In this document: positions 11,721 to 24,118 of the stretch, piece after piece
Numbering within the stretch: the stretch's first letter is position 1
Layout of the letters: every line of letters starts with the position of its first letter
Assembly: GCA_028534125.1 (NCBI GenBank)
Contig: CM052817.1
Coordinates: 41,294,001 to 41,358,000, forward strand
Source of the DNA: Lama glama
Taxonomy: Eukaryota
Direction of reading: 5' to 3'
DNA: 64,000 bases
Program-made: the position numbers and the translations under genes
Notes under the pieces: model-generated
Told to the model about the DNA's origin: nothing
The model's database searches: none
What the model saw: the letters and a program-made list of their open reading frames with translations, nothing else

Positions 11721-13930
11721 TATTTATGTGCGTGTGTGCCATTCTTGTTCACTGATGGGACAGAACCTCTTTTGAGCCCCTCTAGAACATTGAAAGGGGA
11801 AGGTTCTGGAAAGAGATTGTGAGTTTTGGTTTGTTTTGTTCTCCAAATAGCTCTATATGAGTGTAGTGAGAGACAGAGGGCAAGCGGATAGAAAACTACT
11901 CATAAGTTGGAAAAAAAAATCACTCAGACCCCCAAGGAAGAGAGGACAAGTAAAGATAAAGCCTCAGGATAACTGACATTTAAAAATCTCACCATGTACA
12001 TTTAAGAAATCATTGTATTCATTCCTGAAAGTTGTAATGCATCACTGAGGCAATGTGCTAGAGTCCAAATGTGTGGAATCTTAACTAAAAAGAAGACAAA
12101 GAAGAGGAGGAGGAGAAGGATCAAGAAGAAATCCCACAAGCCAAATCAATAAGATTGTTTGGTTACATAGCATTCATGGTTGCCTAAATGTGTTTGTTTT
12201 TAAGCACTATTTGTTTTCAGGGAAAGAAGGATCATCTCATAATGGCTATTGATTGCATGGGTTCAATATCCTGTAGGTCCGATAATGTTTCTGGGATCAG
12301 TGCAGCTACAGATGAGAACAGCCTAATGGATCACAATTGTTAAGCTCCTAATAGGGGTGAATCCAGTCCCTTTGTCTGTGGCCTAAAGAGTTTCTACTCT
12401 GTCACTTAGAAATATTCAGCTCACGAAAAGCTATAGCTAACAAAAGGTCCAACAAGGTAGGTGAAAAACAGATCGATTTAATTCCTCTGGGCTCAACATC
12501 AGCATGGTTTGGGCTGACAGGTAAACACTGACTAAAGCAGAGCCGGGAGCTGAGAGGAGGCAGACATGCAGGAAAAAACCCTTTCCTCATTCCTGGGGCA
12601 AAGGCCCCAGTTTTAGTTTTTCTTGGTGATAAAAGAAAAGGCTGTTGGAAGTCAAGCAGCACGTGGCAGAGGCAATGTGTTCCCTTTCAGCTCTCTAGAA
12701 AATGTAGTTAGTTCTGTCACCTGCCTGAGGGGATGACAGGGACTCATGAAAGCAGGCAGAGAAAAACACCAGGAGTATGGTGGAGTGGTTAAACACATGT
12801 TATAATCAAGACGGGAGTTGAATAACTGGCCAGAGGTGACTAGAGATGCCGATTAGGGTAAAATATTAATCCAGGAATGTGGAAAGTTAGTTCCAACAGG
12901 ACCATCCTGGAGTCAGCCTTAACAAATTTGGTTTTGCAAATTCTGCTCCAAGATAACAAATGGGCTCTCTAATCTGTCATTGAATACGAATTAATTTTAT
13001 CATCTGCAGTAGGAAGGATACTAAGTCAATGCGGTGATTGGAACTGTAACATTTTACAGCAAATTACTACATGCTTCTTCTGGAAATGAAGACACGATTC
13101 CCTGACTGAATAATGAATACCAATAATAAGAGCATTATGCAGCCTGAAAGGCAAACTTCGGTATATGTAACTAATTAAAATAAGAGCTGACATTTATTGC
13201 ACACTTCTGATGTAACAGGCACTCTTCTCAGCGTGCCGCATGAGTTATGTCAGTGCTTGTCTGGTCCTCTGAGTTGGATGAATTCATCCTCCATGATACT
13301 GCCCGCTGCCTCCCATCTCTGGGGGGCCAGTGCTGGTTCTGCCCTGCTTCCTGTCCTGAAGTGTTGGGGTGCCGTCTAACTGGTCTTCTTGCCTTTGTGG
13401 TATGTGCTGCACCCCAGTTGATGTTCCTGAAGCTAACACAGGTCTTAGCTGGATTAGAAATGGATGCTCGCTCAGAACAGATCAAGAATCTGAGCTTTCC
13501 CAGAAAGTAGACTTAGCTATCGGTGCGGACCCGTGATTTTAGGCAAATGAGCAGGACTGGGCAAGAAAGGTTCATGAGCAAAGCTGGGGGGCTGGGGGCA
13601 GAGCTGCGCGATAAAGAGTGAAGACGGTGACTTCACAGGCCGCGCAGGATTATTGCAGGCTAGATCAAAAAGTGCCTTTCTCTTCCAGGAGATGAACAGG
13701 GGGACAGACCGTGCCAGGAGGTGGGCGGACAGAAAGTGCAGGAGGTGAGCCTGGCAGAGCTCTGGATGCCTAGGGCCTCTTGCGAGGGGGAGCAAGCCTG
13801 CAGAGGGGTCTGCACTGGGGGTGAGGGGAAGGGTGCAAGTCAAAAGGGCACTGTCCTTGGGCTTCCTTTGCCTGAAAGGTCTTACTTTTACTTCTCTAAT
13901 ACCTTTCTATCATTGACTTAAGAATAGTTA

Positions 13931-14572
13931 TGTTAGAGCAGGCAGATAGCTAGATATGAGCAGAGAAAGGAGGATGCAGACCAAATGGCAGGATTGGGCA
14001 AAAAAGGAGGGGCACAGGCCACATGTAGGAAACCATACATCGTGTAAACAAGGGCCCCTGAGCAGACAGAGAAAAGCAGGAACCTCGGGACGGATAAGAA
14101 ATCACATATTTTGGGGGTGACCAGTGTCCTGGAGGCCGACAAACAAAGGCGGGAAAAGGAAGGAATCTCTAGTGTCCGAGTGTAACCTTTTGCTCATTAT
14201 GCCCTCATTTCAATAAAATTAGCCTTGCAGATTAGAAGTACTGATCACGCACCGATGCCTTGACACTTCTGATCTAGACTAAATAAGGACAAAAATTCCT
14301 CCTCCCCTCGGGAAGGTGGAGCTGGGATGAAAATCAGGGACTATGATCCCAGGCCCTTCCCTCCCCAGTGAATATTCCGCTCATTCATTTTTACACCTTA
14401 TGTAACCAACTTGCCAGAAAAACTCAGCGCAGCTGCTCACCTGAGCCTGCCCGCTCTCCCCTTGAGAGTGTACTATCCATCCCTTAATAATTCCCCACTT
14501 CACTTTCTTGACCTCCATGTCTCATCTCTGAATTCTTTCTGCGATGAGACAAGAACCTAATCGCCAGCAATA
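13931..14572 (+). mobile_element. Solo LTR, ERV1-class (642 bp)
   Basis: Starts TGTTAG and ends CAGCAATA (AACA variant); 4-bp TSD GTTA at 13927-13930 and 14573-14576; ERV1-like U5 tail ctctgaattctttctgcgatgagacaagaacc. Confidence 0.8.
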
Positions 14573-15050
14573 GTTATGTCAACACGTTTCCTGGACACAC
14601 TTACTGGGAAGGCCTCACATTGGACAAATGTGCCGCTCCCCAACTCCCACCTGCTTCAGCATTGACACCTGGAGCCAAGCCAGAGAAGGCGGCTCTGTGG
14701 ACGGTCTGAGAACCCGTCCAGACCTCGTCCAGCATGGGCGAGTGCCAAGTGCAAATGGCCATGGGTGAGAGCACAGCCCAGCCCTGGCCCTGACCGCCGA
14801 TAAGAAGGAAACAGAATGTGTGCTTGAAAGACATGAGCTAAAAACCACCTGGGGCTTTATTAGCACAGGAAACCCATGCTTTGTGAACTCATTCATTTCT
14901 CTGCTTTGGTGTTTTCCTTTCTTATCTTTGGTTGCTCTCCCAATGTTGTTTTGTTGGGAAATTCTTTTAGAAACATCCTAATCTAGCCTTGGTTGAGCTG
15001 AGGGCCTGGGTCCAAGGAGGTGGGGCTGCAGAGGGGAGCTGCTCAGTGAC

Positions 15051-15130
15051 CCCTGCCCTCCTCCCTCCCCTCCTCCCCACCTGCCCCTTCCTCCTTCCCG
15101 TTCCCCTCCCTCTTCCCCCTCCCCCTCCCC
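15051..15130 (-). repeat. Pyrimidine/C-rich low-complexity tract (G4 on minus strand, possible triplex)
   Basis: About 80 nt almost entirely C/T with many CCC(C) runs. Confidence 0.6.
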
Positions 15131-15444
15131 GTTGTGGGTGCCTCCATACTAACGGAGTCTTGATGTTTAGGGCCAAAGGGAGCCCCTTGTTGGGAATCTG
15201 GTATCTTTTAAGAGCAATCTGTCAAACATGAGTGAAGGTAAGTGCTGGGTTCAGCAGTTGGAACAGGTGAGCCACAGAGACCCAGTAATCTGACTCCTGA
15301 CCGCTTCCTGGGTCGGGGGAGCACAGGGAGTTGCCTGAATCCAAACTCAGCCCTCAGGAGTCCAAATTTCAGATTCCTCAAGCCGTTTACCAGACATGAG
15401 CATCCTGAGGAGAGGAGGAGGCATGGCAGAGGAGGTAAGAGCAC

Positions 15445-15640
15445 AGGCTTAGGGTCAGATTAGGTAGAAACCCTACCCTTTAGAAACTGTGTGGCCTTGA
15501 AAAGTCCCTTAGTCCCCGCCTCAGCTTCCTTGATGGCAAATGGAGGATAAGAAATCACCATAGAAACATGGTAACAGTTGGATGAGGTGACGTAGGTAAA
15601 ATGCTTAGCACAGACAGTGGCCCCTAATAAAAGCTCCTAA
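15445..15640 (+). mobile_element. MIR SINE
   Basis: gagcacaggcttagggtcaga...ctgtgtggccttgaaaagtcccttag...cctcagcttccttgatggcaaatggaggataa...gtaaaatgcttagcacag. Confidence 0.7.
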
Positions 15641-16749
15641 CTGGAAATATTATTTATTTATTTTGTACCTAATAGAGTGTCTGAAATCTAAATAATTATT
15701 GTTGAATTTAATTGAATCCTGGTTTTTTACTGGGCACATTCAGCAAGCTTTGTGAAGTGGCAGAAATTTAATACAAGGTTCTAGACAGGTTTAGGATCAA
15801 CCTAAAGTAATGAGGAGCTGTCATTTGCTTCGCTAAATGAGGTGGCTAATGGCCCGTGAGTTATCAGGATTTAATAGGTTTGCTTTTTAGGCAGACAAGT
15901 GAAGCTCTGAACTGAAAGCAGGGGGGAACCTCAGGGCACAATGGCCAGGTAAGGTTGGGCTTTGTGTGGCCAAGGATGTGCAGGCTCCCAGGTTTGCTGG
16001 AAAGCAAACTTCCAGCTCCAGGCTCAGTGACAGAAGGGAAAGGACCACACAGCCAGGCCAGGGCCACACGGGGCTCAGTCTCCCACCCCCATTCTTCTCT
16101 GCTTTTTGAGACAGAGTACCTTGTTGTCTTTAAATAACAAAATAACCCATTTAAAAAGCTTTTCTTCTTAGGTAAACGCCACAATCTAAAAGAACAAAAA
16201 TAAACTGCCAATAAGAGATTAAGTAAAAGAAATAACTTAAAAGGAGTTCTCTTATGAGAAGGAGACAGATCAATCATCCATCCAGTCAATGAGTGATTGT
16301 CTTTCTGTGCACTAAGAGCTATGAATATGCAAATCATAGGTTAAGTGGAAAATGACTAAAAAGACAATACAGTCTATGAATTCAGAGGAGGGAGAGATAG
16401 CAGAACAAGAAGTGAGCTTGTAAGTAATTTACTTCAGTCCTCTTGTCCTGCTTTCTCATTCCTTCTGCACCCCAATCAGTCTACACGCTTTGTCCCTGAG
16501 AGCTAGGTTGGTTAAGGAACAGCCAGTGTTTGAGGACTGTTGACCCCTAGTCCAGGGCTCACCATCCTGGATGTCTCCTTTGTCCCTTGGAGGGGGTTGC
16601 AGGAGGTTTGCACAAACTTTTTCGACAAGAGAGAACTTGACAAGCGGTCAGATACCAACCAGTAAAAGTTTCATTCTATCTCAGCCTAGCCCACCAGCAT
16701 TCAAAAAGAGCTAGAACCCAGATATCTGATGATGCAAAGAAGGAGGTTT

Positions 16750-17520
16750 AGTCTGAGGTTTTTAGCTGTCAAGGAAACCCAACTCAAACTGGCTTAAACA
16801 GGAAATGTATTAACTCTCATAATTCGAAGTCAACAGTGCCTTCATGGGCCTGTGTTCCTTCCTTCCCTCTGCTCTGCTCAGTGCTCATTCCATTCTCAAG
16901 TTGGTTTTCCTCGAGTTCTCAGATGGTGGCCAATGGCAGTCACGGCTACCTGCATCCTTACCACACCCAGCGGGAGAGAGAGATGAGACGCTGTATACCT
17001 TCAAAGGTGGTGTATGAGTCCTTTCCTGTAGTCTGATTAGGTCCCTGTGTCCATCCCTGGAATAATAACAGTAGCTGGAGAATATATTAGTTGACAGAGA
17101 GTAATCTTGAGTCTCCCTCTGGAACAGAGACAGACCCACAGATACAGAAAACAAACTTACGGCTACCAGCTGGGAAGGGGTGGAGGTGGAGGGATAAATT
17201 GGGACTTTGGGATTTGCAGATACTAACTACTATATATGAAATGAATTAACAACAAGGTCCTACTGTAGAGCACAAGGAACTATTTTCAATATCTCATTGT
17301 AGCCTACAATGAAAAAGAATATTAAAAAAGAATATATATGTATATGTGTGTGTGTGTGTATAACTGAATCACTATGCTGTACACCAGAAATTAATGCAAC
17401 ATTGTAAACTGACTATACTTCAATTAAAAAAAAGAGTCTCCCTCTGGGGATAGAAGTGGGATGGATACTTGAACAGCAATTAAAATTCTGTTAAAGATAA
17501 AGGAGGGGAAAATGAAAGAG
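16750..17520 (-). mobile_element. Old MaLR LTR (MLT1J/K-like), interrupted by an L1 3' end
   Basis: aaacccaactcaaactggcttaaacaggaaatgtatt...cagatggtggcc...tctgattagg pattern; resumes after the L1 with aaaattctgttaaagataaaggagggg. Confidence 0.55.
17123..17433 (+). mobile_element. Short 5'-truncated L1 3' UTR insertion
   Basis: L1 3' UTR ending gtaaactgactatacttcaattaaaaaaaa; perfect 14-bp TSD GAGTCTCCCTCTGG at 17109-17122 and 17434-17447. Confidence 0.92.
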
Positions 17521-18534
17521 AAAATCAGTTTGGGGAAGGGCTGTGGTTTAAGAACTTCTGGGACTAATAAAACTAAATATTCCCAGGGTGATTAGCGGAT
17601 GTTAATTGTTAGCTAATTTGTTTCTCCAATCAACTGTGTTATTGTCTCTATACTAGGAGGAAATTTGGTGTCAGGATGAAATGCTTTTATGATATTTATA
17701 TGCCATTAGTTTATAAATCCATAGCTATTTTATGGGAAATTAAAAAATAATATTTATGTGTTTTTCAAATATTTAAAATAAATTATAAAGAAACTAGCAT
17801 TTAAAGGAGGAGGAATTATTCATTAGTTTTAGAAACTTGCACTAACTAGATCTACACTAGTGAAGAAGAAACACCAATATGAACCAAATGTATGAATTAT
17901 GAGATAAGAGTTTAAACCTAAGGGGGAAAAAAGTATATAAAAAAAGAAAAAGCAGCTGCACTCTATTTCTGCCCTAAAAACTTCTTGGCAAATTAACCTT
18001 AGAGAGTTCACATAATACAGAGATCATTTTTGTGAAGTATAAATAATAAAATCTATAATGAGAAAATGTAAAGACTGGGTTTTTGGAAGATGTAGCTCAC
18101 TCCTCAAAAATAGATGAACATTACAACTGCCTGGAGAGGTTTTCTTAATTCAGAAATTCTGATTTAATTGGGGTGGGTCAATTAATTTTTTAGTTCAGAA
18201 TATATCATTTAATCCCTCACAGGTGATTCTGGCGTATAGTCAGATTTAGTTGGACCTGAAGACCAGCAAAGACCCTGCAGGATACCATCTCCTCTGGGCC
18301 TCAACCCTAGATCTGGTGTCTGAACCTGCGAGCCTCAAGATCATATTTCCTTGACTCTAAGATGCACTCCACAGCTCCCCCCACCTCTGCCAGATCTCTG
18401 AATACTGTCTCTGAAGCGGGGGCGTGGTCAGCCAGGCCAGGAGCTCAGCCAGCCTGAGCGTGCGCATCCTCAGCTGTGACAGCAGCTTGGAAGAAGGTGC
18501 TGGGACCAGTACTGCAGTCCTGTCAGAAATGCTA

Positions 18535-18692
18535 GGAAGGGAAAAAGCTCTGATCTGCAACATTTGCCAGTTTCCATGGTGTGAATACCCCCACCATGAC
18601 CGATTTCGAGCTCCAGCGTGGTGTCCCTGAAAGTGGAGTTGGGAAGAAACTCACCTAAGCAGGAGGGAGTCAGTTCCAGCGCACTCCTGGGA
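18535..18692 (+). mobile_element. MER63-like hAT-Blackjack DNA transposon fragment
   Basis: atttgccagtttccatggtgtgaatacccccaccatgaccgatttcgagct...gagttgggaaga...ttccagcgcactcctgg; related copy at ~63840. Confidence 0.7.
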
Positions 18693-21619
18693 CACCTAAG
18701 GGAAATCTTTCTGAGTATCCAGGAGGTAGAAGAAACGTTGTGGGGAAAAGGCAGAAACACAGGGAGACCTGGGAAAGTTCTTCAGGCAGACAGAAAGATA
18801 AAGAGGGCAGCTAGGAGAAGAGAAGGCTTTGTGGCTTCCTCAAGTCTGGGGAGCATAGCCAAGCTAAAGGAATGTGCCTTCTGCCTCAGGAGAGGTCCTC
18901 CACCTATTTCTCTTTCCCAGTTTCTCAAGTATGATGGAGACAGAGTTGTAGTCTCACCCTTATTTTTTTTTTAATTAAAAAAATTTATGAGGTGTGCTCA
19001 TGACTTCATAGTTCAATGGAGAGCAGTTTATTTCTCCAACTAACATCTGTAGAGTTGAGTTGTAAATCTGTATCTGGTGTGTTCAGTTACCTCCACTCAC
19101 ATGGCAGACACGCAAGTATTTTTGGCTTCTGATCAAATAAATTGGAAGATTCTCCTATTTATGGCCCTCTTAAATATATATTCTACACTGTTTGTGGGAA
19201 AAAGGCATATGCTCAAGTGCCGATTAAATCCAAGGAAAAAATACTATGTCATTTTTATCTTATTGGCAGTTATTCCTTACAAAGAGAATGTCTGTTATGC
19301 ATTGCCCTTCAAAAGAGAAGGAATCATTGGGAGGCTTACAGGGTGCCAAACATTTCAGACTTTTCAGGAAAATATTGAAATAGTACATGCTTGAAATAGG
19401 CATTTCAGACTCTAAGAAAAAATAAACTTTTTCTAGAAAGAGACATGGGTTAAAGGCTGCCTTTGGGATTTTGTGCCCCTAATTATTTCTGTTTAGTTAT
19501 GTGTGCATGATGTGTGTGTCCCACGTCAACCACTTAATTCCTCCCCTGAGATCAGGTCCTCAGTCATCAAAAGTCAAGATCCTCCAGTCAGGAAGAAATG
19601 GAAACCGTTTTATTCACAATGACATAGTGGACATAAAAGATATAATAAAAAGGGAGGATTTTAAGTAAGAAAGTTAAAGGTGTATGACATAATCTCTTTA
19701 CCATTTTTAAGCAGAGAAGGAATTTTTAAATCTATAAATTTATGATTTTACATGAAACTTACATATGGGCTCAGATTCAGAAAAGTAGTTATGTCAGGTT
19801 TCCTCATTTAATGCTTTTTCCTGTCCCTCCAGCTTTCTCTTCTCTCCCAGAAAATACGGATCTCTGTCTCAGAAGAGGCTCCCAGACCACAGACGCTCAG
19901 TGAATAAGTGCACCTTCACTTTCCCTGTCGTGATTTGTTCTTCTCACTGTCTTTCGGGGCTGTTAGCCCATCAAAAACGTTTGTTGAACTTGGAAAAGTG
20001 CCAGGATTTGGATGAGTCTCGAAAATAATTGTAATAGTTTTTTCTCCTCCTTGTTTTCGGTTTTTAACAACAAAAAAAGTCATGCTCCAGGAGCCACTGA
20101 ATGGAAAGGCAAACTAACAAGCAACAAAACAACCTGAAATATAAATTCTAGTGGAATCCCTTATTTACAGATTATGTGTCCGGGTTGAGCAAATCTTTGG
20201 CTAATGCAAGTAGAGAAAACTGGACTGCATTTTCAGCAGATAAAATACATTCATTTGTGAATAAATAAAACTAATCGTCACTAGTATCAGAGACAGATGG
20301 ACATCTTTGTTTCTTTAAATGTATAAATATTTAAAGATATTTTAAAATACATATATAGTTTTTAGTCAAAAGATTTTTTTCTTATGAAATGTTGTCATTG
20401 GTTACCTTTGTTGGTGAACACTCCCTAGCCCTGATTTGCAAGCAGAATGACTTCCCTGTCTTCCACGTGGTAATTTTTGTCAATTCTTTTGAAATATAAA
20501 CATAGTTACATGCAGTTAAATGACTCTGCATGCCTTCTGACAACAAAGCAAATCTCCCCCCATGATGGCTGACTTCTAAATTTTTCAGATTTTCCAACAC
20601 TGTGACTGGGTGAGGTTTACACAAACCTTCACAGAAGGGCAAGGTTGACTACTCAGGTTTGCCTTCTTCAGCTGGGGTCAGTGTTTTATATTTCTCTTTC
20701 TTCCCAGGCCACTCCTTCCTCCCTTCTCCAGTTACTAGCCTTCTCAGCCACAAGGTCCATATGCCTCCAAAGTGTTTATGGGGCACCTGCACCTGAGAAT
20801 TTGATAAGGAATTCCTGCTGTGATAAAAAGTGCTCTTAGGTCAAACGTGTAGTGGTAAAATTAATTGTTCGGAGACTCTGTGTCTCAGGCCATCTATAAA
20901 AGCCGTATTATTTACTGCCTAGTATACCACCTGTGCGATGCAGCTGTCTCAACCATTTTGCACACACATGCACACCCACAAACACATACAGATCTACAGA
21001 TTGAGAGAGAGAAATTATATTCAAGGGGAGGTTTTATTTGGGTTAAAGCCATACTCTCTGGAGGTTTTGTTTTCCCCCTAATTGAAAACATCTACAATGC
21101 CTCTGCCAAAGAAGCCCGAACACAGGCCAGCCTGGAGATGGGGCCCTCTTGCCTCTACACCATGAATCACTGATGATCGTGCCTCAAATCTAGGCCCGAG
21201 TATAACGTTCTGCTTATCAAATAAAAATGGTAGCAAACAGCAGGGTCACTGAAGTGACAGCTACTTGAGTCTCAGCCAAAGAATTGTCATTAGGCTTTTA
21301 GTCTCAAAATGTTTCATGGAAGTAGCCGAAGTGAGGCTAATGTTAAATATCTCAGGACCGCGGGGAAAGGTTTTTCCTGCTCTGCTCTCTGGTGCAAGGT
21401 TTGTGTCACCATTCAGAATTTTCCTGCCCTCTACAGCCCACCTTCATTTCTGTTTGTAGATTTGCATAGTAACAAGGCCTTGTTCAGTTAATTTATCTCA
21501 GTTAATTTATAACGCTTAAGTTAGCTTATCTCTGAGATCTAGGATACAAATGGAGCAAAGACCTTTCTCAGGCCCAAAGAGGGGAGGCTGAGGAGGCTAC
21601 TGTTTTTTTTCAGCCTAGA

Positions 21620-21800
21620 CTGGGGCTTGGCAAACTGCAGACCGCAGGACAAATCTGGCCCTTGGCCTATTTTTGTAAATAAAGTTTTATTGGAACACAG
21701 CCAAACTCATTCATATGCAGTGTCTATGGGCTGCTTTCAAGCTATAACAGCAGGGCTGGGAAGGCATGACAGTCCGCAAAACCGAAGATACAAATTTTCT
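21620..21800 (+). mobile_element. MER58A-like hAT-Charlie element
   Basis: ggggcttggcaaactgcagaccgcaggacaaatctggccc...tttttgtaaataaagttttattggaacacagcc. Confidence 0.8.
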
Positions 21801-22397
21801 GTGGATTAGTGTTTGAGGACTTCCCTGGGTGTTGGACACAAGCAAGCAAATGGCCAAGACTCCTAAGCCTGTGGAATAAAATATGTGATAAATGATGGCA
21901 GCAGGACAAATCGGGCCTTGGTATAAGTCAGTAGTGAGGGGTCTATGAGAACTTAACCACCCTGAGTTTATCTAAATGTGGAGAGAATATTTTGAATGCT
22001 ATTTCCCAAATGCTATTGCATAGACTCTTAGTGTCTTTCAAAAGTGAAATCATTTCATGGTCAAGGGATTCCCTCGGGGAAGTTAGTCTGTTAAACACTT
22101 GGGCTAAACACAGCTCAAGAGTTTTCTTTACTCCAGGATATATAATTCACAAATGGATTGTGGAATACAAGAGGAATATAATTTGTACAGTGTTTTTCCG
22201 TCTTACTTGCAAGAGAAACCTTTCTCTTGGAACAGCTAGAAATACCTGATGAGCTACATTTTTCTCATGGAATACAGCCCCATCCTCTCCAGGGTCTCAA
22301 CACCCATGAAATCTGAGTGTTCTCTTTTTTCAAATATCTCCTGCATCCCTGGTTATTCTGGGTTCTTTCCTGAGATTGTCCAGACTTCTACTTATTC

Positions 22398-22660
22398 ATT
22401 TTTTTTATTGAAGTATAGTTGATTTACAATGTGGTGTTAGTTTCTGATGCACAGCATAGTGATTCAGATATAAATATATATATATATAACACACACACAC
22501 ATCATTATGGTTATTGCAGGATATTGAATATAGGTCCCTGTGCTATACAATAGGACCTTGTTGTTTATCTATTTTATATATAATAGTTTGTATCTGCTAA
22601 TCCCAAACTCCTAATTTCTCTCTCCCCACCTCCTTCCCCTTTGGTTACTGTCAGTTTGTT
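22398..22660 (-). mobile_element. Short 5'-truncated L1 3' UTR insertion
   Basis: Poly-T then attgaagtatagttgatttacaatg...; 17-bp TSD cagacttctact(t/c)attc at 22381-22397 and 22661-22677. Confidence 0.92.
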
Positions 22661-23564
22661 CAGACTTCTACTCATTCTAATAAATGAAGTTCGTCATTTG
22701 TCGGGGAGGAAGGGGAAGAGTCCCCAGGACCATGCTCTGCACTACCGGTGTGTGTTGACTGGCCACTGCCCTCACCCTGTGGGTTGCTAATATTTTGAAC
22801 ATCACTATCCAAATTCCAGCATGAATAGGTCGATTTTCTAGGCCACTAAAAAGCATCTTGCCTGCCATGATGTCAATGTCACAGCATCACTGAAGTCAGA
22901 TAGATTGTGTGACACACCAAGTTCAGCAACATCAGGACCATTGCCTAAATGGGGGCTTGGAAGTTCACAACAATGGCCGAAATTCTCTAGCAGGTACGTT
23001 ATTTCTCCCAGCCAAGTAAACATGGCGTAACGTACGTGACGAGGAAGGTATCGTGGGGATCATGAAGTATTCTCTAAAATGTTGGAAAAAAGGGTAAAGT
23101 TTGGAATTTTGGTGATTGTCAGTAACAAACTGGTGTCACACCTGAGAAGTGATTAACCCACATCAGTATGTTAAGAAGTGTTGGTCTGCTGGGGGTCTCA
23201 GACGATTCAAGAGCCATTGTAATGTGATGGATAAATGCTGTTTTGGTTAGAAGCACAAAGCTGGGTACCTCAGCTGGACTTAGTGGATGGAATTGGTCAC
23301 AAAATGTTTTCTGGAGGAGACATGTGAGCCAAGTCTTAAAGTAGGAGCTGGTTAGGATGGGAAAGGGGACGAGAGAGGGTGTTCCAGGGAGAAGGAACAG
23401 GGTATTCTGAGCTCAGTTCTGTTTCTCATGCTCTTTCCCCTCCCATTCCTACCTCAGAAACTACCTGTGTTAAACCCCCAGCTTAAAGGCTATGTTTGGC
23501 TTTAAACTCCCTCAGGCCCCCACCCTGCTGGCTCTCGGCTTTGTGCTACTGCAGACTTCGGTAC

Positions 23565-24118
23565 AGTAAGGGAGGGAAAATAATTTTCCCTCTACCCCTC
23601 TGAGTTCTTGGTTGAGACCCCTGTAATAAAAGACAGGTTAACAAGAGAAAAACAGCAGGAGTTTACTAACATACACACCTCATGTATACATGACGGGATG
23701 CCCAGAGGAACATGAGCAAATCCCCAAGGTGGCTTAGAATTTAGGATTAAACACCATCTTAGTAGGGAAAGCAGAGGGAGAATGTAGGCCTCATAGGGGA
23801 GAATACATGATTTTTAGGTAAAATGAATGGGCTCCTAGAGGGACAGATGCGAGTGTGATGGCTGTGACATTTGTCTGGCTGTGGTGTCACTTCCAGTCTC
23901 CGCTCCCAGGGCGAGAGTCAATCTTCCCTGGTCGATGAAACTCCCCAGCAGGGATCTGTGACAACTGAGTGTCTTTTGGAGGATCTATGTTTAGGCAGAC
24001 AAGGGAAGTTCAGAGAAAGCCTCTCCCTGCATTTGCTGTTTTTCAAGTGCCTTTAGCTCAAAGTCATCAACATACCAAAGCGGCATCTTTTGGGGGTAGC
24101 ATGTTCCACCACCCTTCC
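23565..24118 (-). mobile_element. Solo LTR, ERV1 MER34-family-like
   Basis: Terminal ttcaagtgcctttagctcaaagtcatcaacataccaaagcggcatcttttgggggtagcatgttccaccaccctt is the reverse complement of the MER34-type 5' end; aataaaagacaggttaacaagagaaaaac near the other end. Confidence 0.7.
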
